This document shows, one piece after another, positions 51,868 through 63,118 of a stretch of 64,000 bases of DNA. The translations under genes were made by a program, and so were the position numbers. The notes below the pieces were generated by a model that saw nothing but the letters and a program-made list of their open reading frames with translations, made no database searches and had not been told where the DNA came from. The stretch lies in assembly GCF_009914755.1 (NCBI RefSeq), contig NC_060937.1. One strand, 5' to 3'. Each line of letters opens with the position of its first letter. Position 1 is the stretch's first letter. This stretch comes from the human T2T-CHM13v2.0 reference genome, Homo sapiens.

Positions 51868-51980
51868 CATGGTGACCTTCCTTCATCTTGACCAGAATAG
51901 AGCCAGTTTATACTTGTTGTCATGGTCTTTCTTTTCTCAGAAGGTTACTCATTTGGATGATAAAATAGATGGTCACCCTA
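51868..51980 (-). mobile_element. MER94 (hAT-Blackjack)
   Basis: TIRs CATGGTGACC / GGTCACCCTA; CCAGTTTATACTTGTTGTC and TTTGGATGATAAAATAGATGG. Confidence 0.8.
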
Positions 51981-52024
51981 TTTAATTGCCTATGAATTCC
52001 ATGGTTACTCAAGATATAATGTAA

Positions 52025-52200
52025 ACAACACTGGAGGTAGAATAAAAATATCTGGCTTCAATTCAAGTCTGTGAGGAATATTGGGTAGTTTGCTTCACTT
52101 CGTTGTGGCTTTTTCCTTATCTGTAAGATGGGGATAACCTCTGTAGAGTTAAGTAGAATTCTGGACTACTCCATGAAGTAGGAATTATCATCCCCATATT
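52025..52200. mobile_element. Rearranged MIR fragments (+ then -)
   Basis: TTTTCCTTATCTGTAAGATGGGGATAA followed by CCATGAAGTAGGAATTATCATCCCCATATT. Confidence 0.6.
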
Positions 52201-52924
52201 ATGATGCTCTTGCAGGGTTATTTTTTTTTAAATACCCTGCAAGAGCACCATAGCAATGCTTAGCAAGTATGGATGCAAGACGTTTTAGTCTAGTCTGAAT
52301 TTACTGCCAATAATTGGGTCTCTAAGTAGTTGATATGTTGAATCATCTGATGTTTTGTGGAAAATACAAGTTGCTAACTCCCCTTCACTGGGCGCCTCAG
52401 ATCAGAGTGTCATTCATGTTAACCAGTTTTGGGGACCCAAACTTCTGTTAGAAGAGGTATGGTCATTCCTGACTCTGATCCTGAGAGGGTTTGGTGCAGG
52501 CATTACAATATGCAGAGATTGGAGAATCATTTGCAAAGGGAATGTGAGGTTGGGTGTAAAGATTCTGAGATTACCTGGGACAGAGGTCTGGGCTGAAGGA
52601 CAGGATAAACAGCAAGTTACTTTTTGTTGTTCCCACTTTACACAGTAGATATGTGTCAATAAATATTTGAAAGTAAAATTTTACATTATTCATTCATTTC
52701 TCCACTCAAATTTTGCTCATCTTTTTTTCCTAAAAGGGTGACAGAGTAGTTTAGTTGACAGAACAAAGGGCTGGGAGACCCAATTTTAGATTTGCACTAA
52801 TTCCCATTTTGACTGTGGGTACATCCCTTGAAATTTCTAAAATTCTTTTCATTTTCAATGATTAGGAATGTTGGATTAAAAAAATACACTATAGCTAATA
52901 TATTTGACTTTAGACTTTAATGAG

Positions 52925-53060
52925 TCTTTCATTCATGCAACAAGTGCTTATTGAACGCCTGTTCAATAAATGCCTATATGCCACACACATTCCAGCTACC
53001 AATAAATCAGAAGTGAACAAAATAAATATAGTACCTGCCTCCAAGGAATGGTCAGTCTGC
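52925..53060 (-). mobile_element. L2 3' end
   Basis: TTCATTCATGCAACAAGTGCTTATTGAACGCCT...CCTGCCTCCAAGGA. Confidence 0.7.
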
Positions 53061-53101
53061 GTATCCTGAGCTGTATGTTCTAACCATTTCTGAAAGATTG
53101 G

Positions 53102-53480
53102 TGATATGGTTTGGCTGTGTGTTTCCACCCAAATCTCATCTTGAATTGTGGTTCCCATAATCACCACATGTCATGGGAGGGACCTGATGGGAGGGACCCA
53201 GTGGAAGGCAATTGAATCCTCGGAGCGGGTTTTTTGTGTGCTGGTCTCATGATAGTGAATAAGTCTCACAAGATCTGATGGTTGTGTAAAGGGCAGTTCT
53301 CCTGCACATGCTTTCTTGCCTGCCACCATGTAAGATGTGCCTTTGCTCCTCCTTCACCTTCCACCATGATTTTGAGGCCTCCCCAGCCATGTGGAACTGT
53401 GAGTCCATTAAACCTCTTTCCTTTATAAATCATCCACTCTTGGGTATGACCTTATAGCAGCATGAGAATGGACTAACACA
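53102..53480 (+). mobile_element. THE1C solo LTR
   Basis: TGATATGGTTTGGCTGTG...GAGAATGGACTAACACA; perfect TSD ATTGG; internal ATGGGAGGGACC duplication. Confidence 0.92.
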
Positions 53481-54094
53481 ATTGGCATCTCTCATCTTGT
53501 ACATTAACAGGAAATAGTATTTTAGGTTTCTTCTTCTAATTGTATTTAACCATTCTAAATCTTTTAGAATTTAAATCTAAATTCTAATTCTAATTTAACC
53601 ATTTCTAAATCTTTAAATCTAATAAATTTCTGGTTTCAACTTAAGCTATTTTATTTCTACTTTTCCTCAGTGGGAAGGGAGAAAATCTATTCTCCTGATT
53701 ATTTGAATGTCCTTTGTGTTATTAAAAATCTGTGTTAGTCTTTCCAAGGCACTGTGTAAATAATACCATGTAGTTTAAGTTTCATCATGAACTCAACTAT
53801 TAGCTTACATCTTAATTTCTTTTATGCTAGTATAAACTGTTTTATAAATTTTAATGTCTGAGGCTGATTTTATAAGTGCTATATTATAACATTAGCAAGA
53901 TGGTTCCCACTAGGATGAGAAATTGTGTGAAACTGATAAGTCAAGAATTTCATGTGGTGGAGAGGACAGGGAAGTAGGCAGGCGAAGGGGCAGTTATGTT
54001 GCTCCTGCTGGGAGGTTGGTTACCATTGGGCTTATCATGTGAGGATCTTGTTGATAGGAAGGACTAAACATGGAACAGATTCTCACCTAAACAC

Positions 54095-54750
54095 TCAGGC
54101 CTCTTCTCATGACTTGTAGGCAGCTTCCTTCTTGCTGTGTGCTCACAAGACCTCTTCTTTACAGACACACACACTCAAGTGCAAAGAGAGAGAGAGAGAG
54201 AGCAAGCTCTGATGTCTCTTCATCTTTTATAAGGACATCAGTCCTGTTGGGTGAGGGCTCTACTCTCATGATTTCTAATTGTAATCACCTCTTTAAATGC
54301 CCTATACTTAATATAGTCCCACTGGGGGTTGGGGCTCCAACCTATGAATTTTGGGGAAACACAATTTAGTCCTGTGTTAGTCCATTCTCACACTGCTAAT
54401 AAAGACATACCAGAGACTGGGTAATTTATAAAGGAAAGAGGTTTAATTGACTCACAGTTCCACAGGGCTGGGGAGGCCTCAGGAAACTTACAATCACGGC
54501 AGGGGAAGCAAACATGTCCTTCACATGGCGGCAGCAGGGAGAAGTGCAGAGTGAAGAAGGGGAGGAGCCCTTTACAAAACCATCAGATCTTGTGAGAACT
54601 CACTCACTATCATGAGAGCAGCATGGAGGTAATCAACCCCCATCAATTACCTCCAACTGGGTTCCTCCCATGACACATGGGGATTATGGGGACTACAGTT
54701 CAAGATGAGATTTGGGTGGGGACACAGCAAACCACATCAAGTCCATAGCA
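54095..54750 (-). mobile_element. MLT1A/B LTR (partial) split by THE1D
   Basis: GCAGCTTCCTTCTTGCTGTGTGCTCAC...TTATAAGGACATCAGTCCT...TATGAATTTTGGGGAAACACAATTTAGTCC [THE1D] ATAGCA. Confidence 0.82.
54373..54739 (-). mobile_element. THE1D solo LTR
   Basis: TGTGTTAGTCCATTCTCACACTGCTAATAAAGAC...GACACAGCAAACCACATCA; perfect TSD AGTCC at 54368-54372 and 54740-54744. Confidence 0.92.
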
Positions 54751-56289
54751 ATATGGCTTAATGTGAGAGCATATATCACATTTTTGGTTTGAGAATATGG
54801 TATAAAGCAACTCTTCCTAAAATTTCATTAGTAATCATGATAACTCTTACTGGATATAGATGTGAGATATTCCTATATTATACAACACTGAAAGACACCA
54901 ACTTGAAATGGTTTGATTTAATTATACCATTTATATTTTGTATATTATATCTTGTATTTACATGCAATACAACTTGACATAAAAAATTTGAAGACACACG
55001 CACACACATACACACACACACTTTGAAAACTATCCATGAATCACATTCCTTCAAATCTGGGAGCTGAGTAGGTTGACCACAGGTAGCATTATGCTAGCCC
55101 ATGAGCTAGCACCACTCTGGCTGGTAAGCAAAAATATTGGAAATAAAAGTATCCCATGAACCACACTTGACTTTGTAGCCTGAAAACATTCCTGAATGAT
55201 TGTGTAAGTGTTATTATATTGTACTGTTATCTTACTGTTCAGTGCTCTTACAATTTATAATTGTTTGTATATACCATAACAATGGCTCAGAACTCATTGA
55301 GTGGTAGTGTTGTTAAACATGCCCCCAAATCAAGAGCCACGGAATGAAATTAGATGTAATAAACTGTGTAAAGGGTCAAAGTTTTATGGTTTTATGGGGC
55401 ATGTATTCATGTGTAATTTTATACTATTTGGTATACATAAAATGTATATTTAAAAATGAAATTAAATGGCAATTGTGCTAGATTTATGAAGTCTTGGGTT
55501 GCATCCCCTTGCCTTACAATTTATTACAATAGAAAAATTAGTGTTGAATTATGTGAGTTTTGAAAAATGCATGGTGTTTATCAACCTATTCCTCAAACAA
55601 AATGTGACCGCTTTGTGCGTACTACAACTAAGCATCAATAGCTTGTTAACCTAGAGACAAGGTGGGGGGAAGTCATTCTGCTTTCCATGAAACGTGCACT
55701 TCTGCCTGTTCAGAATTTACATCTCTGTGATTATTTAAATAATCTGTAACTGAAAAATTGTGTCCATTTCCTTGAATTAGCACCAGGATGAAACTGACTT
55801 AATAATATCAGGAATACTAGACCCAAAGGAAAGTCGTCTTTAGCTTTGACTGAGTTTTCATGCTAAAGTCAGCTTTTCCCAAAATTATTTGATATGTGAA
55901 GCACACCTCCACCCAGAATCACTAATGTGCAATTTTGTCAGGAAGCAAGATGATAAGCAGGATGATCTGATGTCCTTTGCAGTCTGATAAATGTAGGTAA
56001 TTGTTGGCAGTTCATAATGTAGCTATGTTAGATTTTGTCTTTTCGTTGAGCCCAGCTTCTCTGCACTAATCAACTATCTCAGCCACTTGGAGAATCAGCT
56101 GATAAACCTTGCTGGTCTCTAGCTCTCTGTATACAATCCCTTCCTTCCAACAAGACTTATCAGAATGCAGCCAAGGGCAACCAAACTGTCCTTTGGTCAG
56201 CCGTGAGAGCTTAGACGTACCTGGTTATCTGTCCAGTGGTCTAATTCTTTTCCCCAGATTCCACTCCCAATTTGTCTCTTTATATACCC

Positions 56290-56551
56290 ATTCCTTGTAA
56301 AAGAGGCAGAGACACCACAGTGTGCTCTGTCTCTTTGCACTTGAGTGTGTGTGTGCACAAAGAGGTCATATGAGCACACAAGGAGGAGGAGGCTGCCCAT
56401 GAGCCAAGAGACTGAGGACTCAGAAGGGAACCTACTTTGCTGGCACTTTGATCTTAGTCTCTGAGATGCCAGGACTGTGAGAAATAATTTCTATTGTTTA
56501 AGCCATCCAGTCTATGGGATTTTATTATGGCAGCCCAAGCAGGCTAATAGA
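56290..56551 (+). mobile_element. MLT1A1/MST-like LTR 3' half
   Basis: TGCTGGCACTTTGATCTTAG...GACTGTGAGAAATAATTTCTATTGTTTAAGCCATCCAGTCTATGG...GGCAGCCCAAGCAGGCTAATAGA. Confidence 0.8.
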
Positions 56552-56979
56552 CCTATTATTCTTTAAAATGGAATATGTTTATTTCAGTTTTGATTTTTTC
56601 TAAGTTATCATTAGTGATTATACACATTCAATTGTCCCTTTTAATTTGAAACCTATTATTTTAATTTAATTAAATTTAAAAAGTTGGATTATGAATTACC
56701 TTCACTTCTGAAAATTAGACCATTCATGTTGACCAAGCTTAGTGTTATGAGGATTCATTCAGTCACTCATTTAGAAGTAATGCTGAGGGTATATAGTATA
56801 TAAAGAGTTGTGCTGGGCATCTGGAAGAAGAAAGTTAAAGAATTAATGGTCCCTGTCCTCAACAAAATTGTCTGTTGAGTGACAGAGAAAAGAAATGCAC
56901 ATATAACAAGACTACAAGGCAGACTGGAGACTGGGAAAAAAAAGGAAGCTTGAAACGATGGAGCTCAATGTCATACCCT

Positions 56980-58220
56980 CTCTCTTTGCACTGTGTCTCC
57001 ATCAGCCTTTCATTTGCTTGCCAGGACCCAGATCTTTCCCTCCTCACAGAGTTCATATATGCTTTTCCTTCCCTGGAATGTTCTTCTCCACCCCTTCACC
57101 TACCAACTTTCAGAGCTCAACTCAAGTACCGTTTCTTCCAAGTCTTTAGGAAGTTTCCCTGAAATGCCTGGTTATGGCAGAGTCTCTCTGGTCTATGCTA
57201 TTGAGTAATTAGGTTTCTGGTACTTATCACAGTTTCCAGTGACAGTTTGGTAAATGTTTAACAGCTGGCTCTATGGGGGGAAGAAAAGTGCCCTGGTGTA
57301 TAGAGTTTGCTGATTTTGGTGGTGTAAATACTCCCAGCATGGTGATTTCAAGCTGCCAGTGTGATGATATTGAATGTCGAGTTGGAAAGAGAGGCTCAGT
57401 AGCAAGCCATTACATAGCATTTACACCATACAGATGCAAATACGTGTGTGAAGAATCCCAAGAGCACAGACATAGTAAAATAGGAAGTGGTAAGCTTTAA
57501 GTTTCTCATATAATTAATTTAAAATTTATATAATTTAATTTTAATATGACTATTTAATGACCGGGTTGTGCAAAATTCCTGCTTTCGCTAGCAGCTCAAC
57601 CAGTAGGAGCTGGCTCCAGCACATCACTGACAATCACACAGTTACAGGTGTAATCAATTATTCAATGCCTGTATTCCCCATGAGTATGTAAGCTCCTAAA
57701 GGCAGGGACTGTTCTTGCCTTGCTGTATCAGTGAGTTTTGGGTTGGGACAACAGAAGCCACTTAGATATTCTGAATGGAAAGGGGCTCATACAAGGAACT
57801 AGAAACTTACACTACTTTGGAAGGTCATGGATGCAAGTGCTTGGGAGAAGGTGACATGTAGGAATTTACGCAGAAGCTGTCTGAGAGAATCTCCCAATCT
57901 CAGTGGGAATTTCATCTGCTGATCTTAGCAATTCTCAAGAACTAGACTTCTGCTATGAGTCTCCTTGCAACTGCTGCCAGAGAAGTCCAAATCCCACATG
58001 GACACCTCTCATTGGATAACTCTAAACTGACACCATATGGGATGGGCATCCTAAAGACTTGTTTCAGGGCTCTCTGCATTTCCTAGAATCTTTACAAGGG
58101 CAGAGATGCTACCAAAGGGATGATAGACAATCTGCTTCTGGCTCACTAACATTAGCACCAGCACTTAGAATAGTGTCTTACAAATATGAGATACTTAGTA
58201 CATCTTGGTTGAATGATTGA
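56980..58220 (+). mobile_element. L2 3' region interrupted by MER63B and an old LTR-like insert (about 57724-58135)
   Basis: TTCCTTCCCTGGAATGTTCTTC...TGTAAGCTCCTAAAGGCAGGGACTGTTC...CAGCACTTAGAATAGTGTC...GTTGAATGATTGAA. Confidence 0.7.
57237..57629. mobile_element. MER63B (hAT-Blackjack)
   Basis: TIR-like CAGTGAC...GGTAAATGTTTAACAGCTGGCTCT and GAGCTGGCTCCAGCACATCACTG; GGTGTAAATACTCCCA. Confidence 0.85.
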
Positions 58221-59612
58221 AGCCAAGGTATTTATTTAAAGTCTGTAACACAGCCATTATAAAGAGTAATAGCCTTTAAAGCAAAAGATTTTTTTGGGCA
58301 TCTCACTAAATCATCCTGACCTAGTACATGTGGCAGTTCAGATAAGTCTGACTTAAGAAATAGTATTCTGAAAGTTAATGTATAACTTGCTTGGAATTCA
58401 AAACATATTTCTGCATAATAACAATGATATAAATGGTAGTGAGGTCTCTAGACTGGTCCATAAAAAGCCATTTCACTCACGACTGTGCTGAAATATAACA
58501 CTAATAACATAATAGCTCACAACCTTTTAAAATATTCTGTGAGAGAAAATGCATTTCAAGTCCCAATTCTGGTGCTAGAGCCCCATTTTTTGCTTTTTCC
58601 TCTCTGGTGATGAGTATAGGAATTCCTCCTCCCCAATTCCTGTTTAGAATTTGAGCAAGGGGAATAGAAACTTCTTGATGTATTCTCAGTTTTAGTCATA
58701 ACAGAGGAAGTTAAGTTTTGAGTACCCCAATAGTAGTAGATGGAAAATTCTGGGTGGGGGAGAAAGTTCCAGTAGCTATAATGCAAAAGAAGTAAATTCT
58801 ATGTAAGGGATATTGCTAGTGCTTTATATTAGGGTTTTTTGCATTGTGCTTATTTAATTAAAGTCAGAGTTTTCATTGCAATAGACTATAAGCTATACAG
58901 TTAAAATTAAATTGGAACAAGCTATATTAAAATTTACATTGAGATATTCTTTAGTAGGTCTTACCAGGTGAGTGAACCATACCTTGGGGATATTAACTCT
59001 GGCAGTTCTTAAAGGAATCACTTAGTAAATTACTGCTACAGTGAGCCAAAAAAATACCCTAAAGAATACTAAGTGCGTGAAGCTTCTGCAGGAGGGATCA
59101 TGTCTTATTCATTGTGTTATCCTTCAAGAGTTAGCACTAAGTCTAACAAACAAGGATACAATGAATGTCAAATGAAATCATGCAGCTTTTTCAAACAGCT
59201 AAATTTAGAAAAGGAATCCTACACTAAAATAATAGAATTGAATCTAAAGATCCACGTAATATTTCATTAGAAAGACTAAGAATGATAGGAAAATTGATAT
59301 ACAGTTAAGGGGAGCTAGAGTTTCTAAGTCCTTAGTGCTGCTCGCCAAATAATGCAAGTTCTTGGCCTTCTGGGTAGGATGGCCCTTCCTGATGCTTCAT
59401 GATGAGGTAGGGCTATGGCTAGTTCTGACCAATGAATCATTGATAAAAAATAATGCTTGTAGATAATTCTTATAGTCCAGTGCATTTAATTGCTAGTTTG
59501 AGATGCTAGGACATTTTTCCCTCTTGACTGTGTGACTGGCAGAGTTTCAGATACTGACTGCTTCATCAGCTTGGGTCCCACGTGATGGCTGGTGGCAAAA
59601 ATGAGAAGTCAG

Positions 59613-59730
59613 TAGGGTAAGCATATAATTTTTCATTCCAACCAGACCACTTTTGAGACTAAGAGGAGGCTGAGACAACAGGTATAAACCAGAACTGTTG
59701 TGAGAGTAAACAGGGATGTGTAGTCACTTA
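59613..59730 (+). mobile_element. MER94 inside an old MLT1-like LTR (about 59330-59810)
   Basis: TAGGGTAAGCATATAATTTT...CACTTTTGAGA...GACAACAGGTATAAACCAGAACTGT...GTCACTTA. Confidence 0.72.
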
Positions 59731-59869
59731 GAACTGAATCTTTGTTCCTTTAAGCTACTGAGGCTTGGAGTTGTTTGTTGCTGATGCATAACCTCTTTAG
59801 ACTGATAACTGGAGTCACTGCCAGAACTGAAGGTGACATTCTCTTTCTGGATTGCTTTTCATTGAGTGT

Positions 59870-60650
59870 GCAAGTATCGGTTAGGTTTCAAATAACAGAA
59901 ACTCAACTGAAATTAGTTGAGGCAAAACCAAAGGAAGTTAGCAGCACCTGGAGTCTAACAAAGAGTTAAAAAGTAAGACAATGAGAAGGCATGGAAAGAG
60001 CTGAGCCTCAGGAACAATGATTTTGGGAACCAAACCCTGCCAGGCCCTTCCTTTCTACCTTCTGACTCTATGTCTTTCTGTGTGGCTTCCCTCCCTTCCT
60101 TCCTTCTTCCCTCCCTCCCTCCCTCCCTTCCTTCCTTCCTCCCTCCCTCCCTCCCCTCCTCCTCCCCCCTCCCTTCTCCTTCTCTCTCTCTCTTTCTCTT
60201 TCTCTCTTTTCTTTTCTTTATTTGATTCTTTCTTTCTTTCAGACAGGGTTTTGCTCTGTCCCCCAGGCTGTAGTGCAGTGGCATGATCATGGCTCGCTGC
60301 AACCTCAAACTCCCGCTCTTTCTTATTAAGGCCAACTTTTTTGCACAGTGGTATAAAATATGGCCACTAGCAGCTCCTGAATTCCAAAGTTCTGACTGTT
60401 TCCATCATCAAAGAAGGACAGACTTACACATGTTCTCTGAATCCAGTTTCAGAACTCCCAGGCAGAGATTTCTGTTGGGCATAAGCTTGGAAAAATGTCA
60501 ACCTTTTAACCAACCAGCTGAGGCCAGGAGGTTGAGCCCTGTAGGACCAAGGCAGTTTCCCTAGGAGCTGCATTAGACTAGGGAGAGGATCACCTTCAAG
60601 AAGAAGGTGAGTGGGGTGCTAGGAAGACAAGAACCATAGGTAGTTACTCC
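59870..60650 (-). mobile_element. Old MLT1J/K/L-like LTR with Alu fragment insertion
   Basis: CAAATAACAGAAACTCAACTGAAATTAG...ATGGCCACTAGCAGCTCC...AACCAACCAGCTGAGGCCAGG. Confidence 0.6.
60087..60315 (-). mobile_element. 5'-truncated AluJ-like fragment with expanded (CCCT/CCTT/CT)n tail
   Basis: AGACAGGGTTTTGCTCTGTCCCCCAGGCTGTAGTGCAGTGGCATGATCATGGCTC from 60241; pyrimidine tract 60087-60240. Confidence 0.85.
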
Positions 60651-60819
60651 ATGTGTGTCTATAATGTGTGCAGACACCATTAATAAGGTAGTTGGGTGGA
60701 ACTTTTCTTGAGTTATTGCTGGAATTTGGAAACATGTATAACATTCTTTCCTCTATATTTTCTTTGGTGATTTCTTTTGGATAAAAGACTCACATTTGGA
60801 AACAGCTAGCTGGAAAATG

Positions 60820-60925
60820 ATGAGTTGTGGGGACAAGGGACTAAGTAAAGCTAACTGACCCACCTGAGCATTGAACCAGAAATGCTGCTCTCCATAGAAT
60901 TATATTCTAATCAACCAAGCGAAGC
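60820..60925 (-). mobile_element. MamSINE1-like ancient tRNA-derived SINE head
   Basis: Minus strand GCTTGGTTGATTAGAAT (A box-like)...GGTTCAATGCTC (B box-like) AGGTGGGTCAGTTAGCTTT. Confidence 0.6.
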
Positions 60926-61015
60926 TGTGGGAACATAAATGACATCATGACATTGAAAGTGACTTTTTAAAGCTGACCATAAAATTCCATTATCAGTGAT
61001 TAGCTAACTTAGTCC

Positions 61016-61017
<2 letters not shown>

Positions 61018-61062
<45 letters not shown>
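61018..61062. repeat. (CA)22 microsatellite
   Basis: Pure repeat, counted directly. Confidence 0.97.
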
Positions 61063-61064
<2 letters not shown>

Positions 61065-62187
61065 AAGAATTAGATGACATCAACTGAAGCCTGCCTTCAA
61101 GGTTAGATAGTGGGGCCTATGATTCTGTTGCAGGCTTCAGCGCTGGGTTTATTTCCTAGTGCCTCCTCTCCAGCCACACCTTAGCACAGTGTTTCACTCA
61201 TTTTCAGCGTAAATCTTGGGAGTAAAAAAACCTCCTCCCAACAAGGTTACCAGCCAAAGTCTCCTACAGCTCTGAAGATACCTATGATGAAGGGTTGTGT
61301 TGTGATGAAAATAATTGCTTTAGTTAGCCATTAAACAGCCTTCAGGGTCAACATGACGATGGGTTCCTTTCCATGTTTGATTTAGTAGAAGCAGTTAATG
61401 GTTTTGTTTTTATTATCTTTACCCCCTGCTTCAGAATTATTTACTTAGCACATGGAAGGCAACAGATATTTGTTATTATAAAATCAATTTCATGCCTGAC
61501 TAGACCATCTCTTCCACCTTTGTCATTACTCTTTGAGCTTTGGGTGTTATCATGGGTTCATTTATGTTTATACAACTAGATGGCAATGGGCCCTACCAAT
61601 AATTATTTGGGGAATTTGAGTCATACAGCAACCGGCAGTGCATTTTCATTCTCATTTTCAGAGAATTTCCATGTATTCATTTTTTCCCCATTTCTATAGA
61701 AATTTCTAATCACAATAGAACAATGTTTCCAAAGTCATGGTATCACAACATACTTTCTCCAGTTACCTACATGATATTAAGAATGAATTATGTATCTAGG
61801 GTAAAAATGCAATATGAAAAAGTAGTAAAACACACATCCATAAGCTATCATTTTGGTTTAAAGCATTCTTCTTTGAAATCTTTGTTTCCTCAAGTTGTGT
61901 TCCTTTGTTTTTCACAGCTTTTATGCAAGGCTCAAGGTGACAATCAAGACTTTTCTGAAATGTCAGTAGCTGTGAAATTAAATAATCCAAATGCCAGTAC
62001 CATTCTTCTTCTCTCTGTCTCTCTTTTTTTTTTTTTTTTGGTGGTGGTGGTTCTGAATTAATTTCCAAAGCTTACATAAAATTATGTGTGCAAAGCCTCT
62101 CCATGCCTGTTAAGCACAGCCTGGGTGTAGAGTTGTGGGTATGGGGCAGGAGTTAGTCGGCCTGGTTCCATTAGGACTTGCCCTCTG

Positions 62188-62278
62188 TTCCCATCATGCC
62201 TTGCCTCTCCCATATGCCTTACCATTCCCATCATGCCTTGCCATTCCCAGCATGCCTTGCCATTCCCAGCATGCCTTG
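62188..62278 (+). repeat. 19-bp minisatellite, about 4.8 copies, unit TTCCCA(G/T)CATGCCTTGCCA
   Basis: Copies start at 62188, 62207 (18 bp, degenerate), 62225, 62244 and 62263 (partial). Confidence 0.93.
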
Positions 62279-62599
62279 ATAGCCTCTGACTGCCCTTTGT
62301 TGCTGGTGTGGAGGTTTTGCCAGTCAGTGCAGTTTCACTAGGAGTCAGAAGTAAATTTACTATCCCGCTTGTCTAAGCAGCCCACCATTTTTCCACTGAG
62401 GCAGGATTCCTGCCTTGTTCCTCCCTCCAGCCCTGTCTTCTGTTCTGTGGAACTGGACCCAAGACATTACCCTGACTGATACCCAACAGACCAGTTATCT
62501 GGAGCATAATGCCATTCTCTGATGCCATCACCTAATCTTTCCTTTTGACTTTGACCTTCAATACCCTGCAAACATTTTTTGAGCAAGTCCCCAAACCTG

Positions 62600-62795
62600 A
62601 CTGGGAGCACTAGCTCAGGTTCTTATTGGCTGTGTGATGCTCAGCAAGTTGGACAAATTCTGAAACTCAGTTTCTTTATTTCGGAAAGAGGACCAGTATA
62701 AATAGTCACCTGTATGTAGCTCACAATTGTTCTAAAGATTCAATACAGTAAAGCATGTGAAAGTATCTTGCACATATTGCTATACAGGTTAACTA
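62600..62795 (+). mobile_element. MIR SINE
   Basis: GGCTGTGTGATGCTCAGCAAGTT...AAACTCAGTTTCTTTATT...AAAGCATGTGAAAGTA. Confidence 0.7.
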
Positions 62796-62911
62796 TTTTA
62801 TTTCATTGGATTTCTGTTGAAAAATAAGCTCTATAATCTTTATTAGCTAATCTCTCCTAGAGAATTCTTTGCTGGTGTTGTAGTTTAATGTTTGGCATAG
62901 GTTATGTGGAA

Positions 62912-63118
62912 GATTCTTAGACTTTTAAGTGTGCCAGAATCATCTGGGGTGATTTATAGAGATGGGTCCATGCCCACAGATTCTGGCTTTAGGTTTACCA
63001 TAAGGCTCAGGAACCTGCATTTTGAAAAGCACCATGTATTAGTTTGCTTTGGCCACGCTACCAAGATACTGCAAGCTGGTGACTTAAACAACAGTCTTGC
63101 AGTTCTGGAGGCTAGAAC
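62912..63118. mobile_element. MER5-like fragment abutting a truncated MLT1 end (from about 63035)
   Basis: CAGAATCATCTGGGG...CAGGAACCTGCATTTTGAAAAGCACC; TGTATTAGTTTGC...GACTTAAACAACAG...CAGTTCTGGAGGCTAGAA. Confidence 0.65.

Noticed and set aside
56299-56336. Hairpin AAAGAGGCAGAG...CTCTGTCTCTTT
   Set aside because: Lies in the GA/CT-rich part of an MLT1/MST LTR; low-complexity pairing.
58950-58973. Recursive-splice or microexon motif ending CAG/GTGAGT
   Set aside because: Pyrimidine tract interrupted by AGs; similar isolated donors at 7774 and 8775 also lack acceptors.
60820-60925. tRNA gene
   Set aside because: No intact cloverleaf; better explained as a decayed SINE head.
62188-62278. CRISPR-like array
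   Set aside because: Contiguous units with no unique spacers, in primate DNA with no cas genes.
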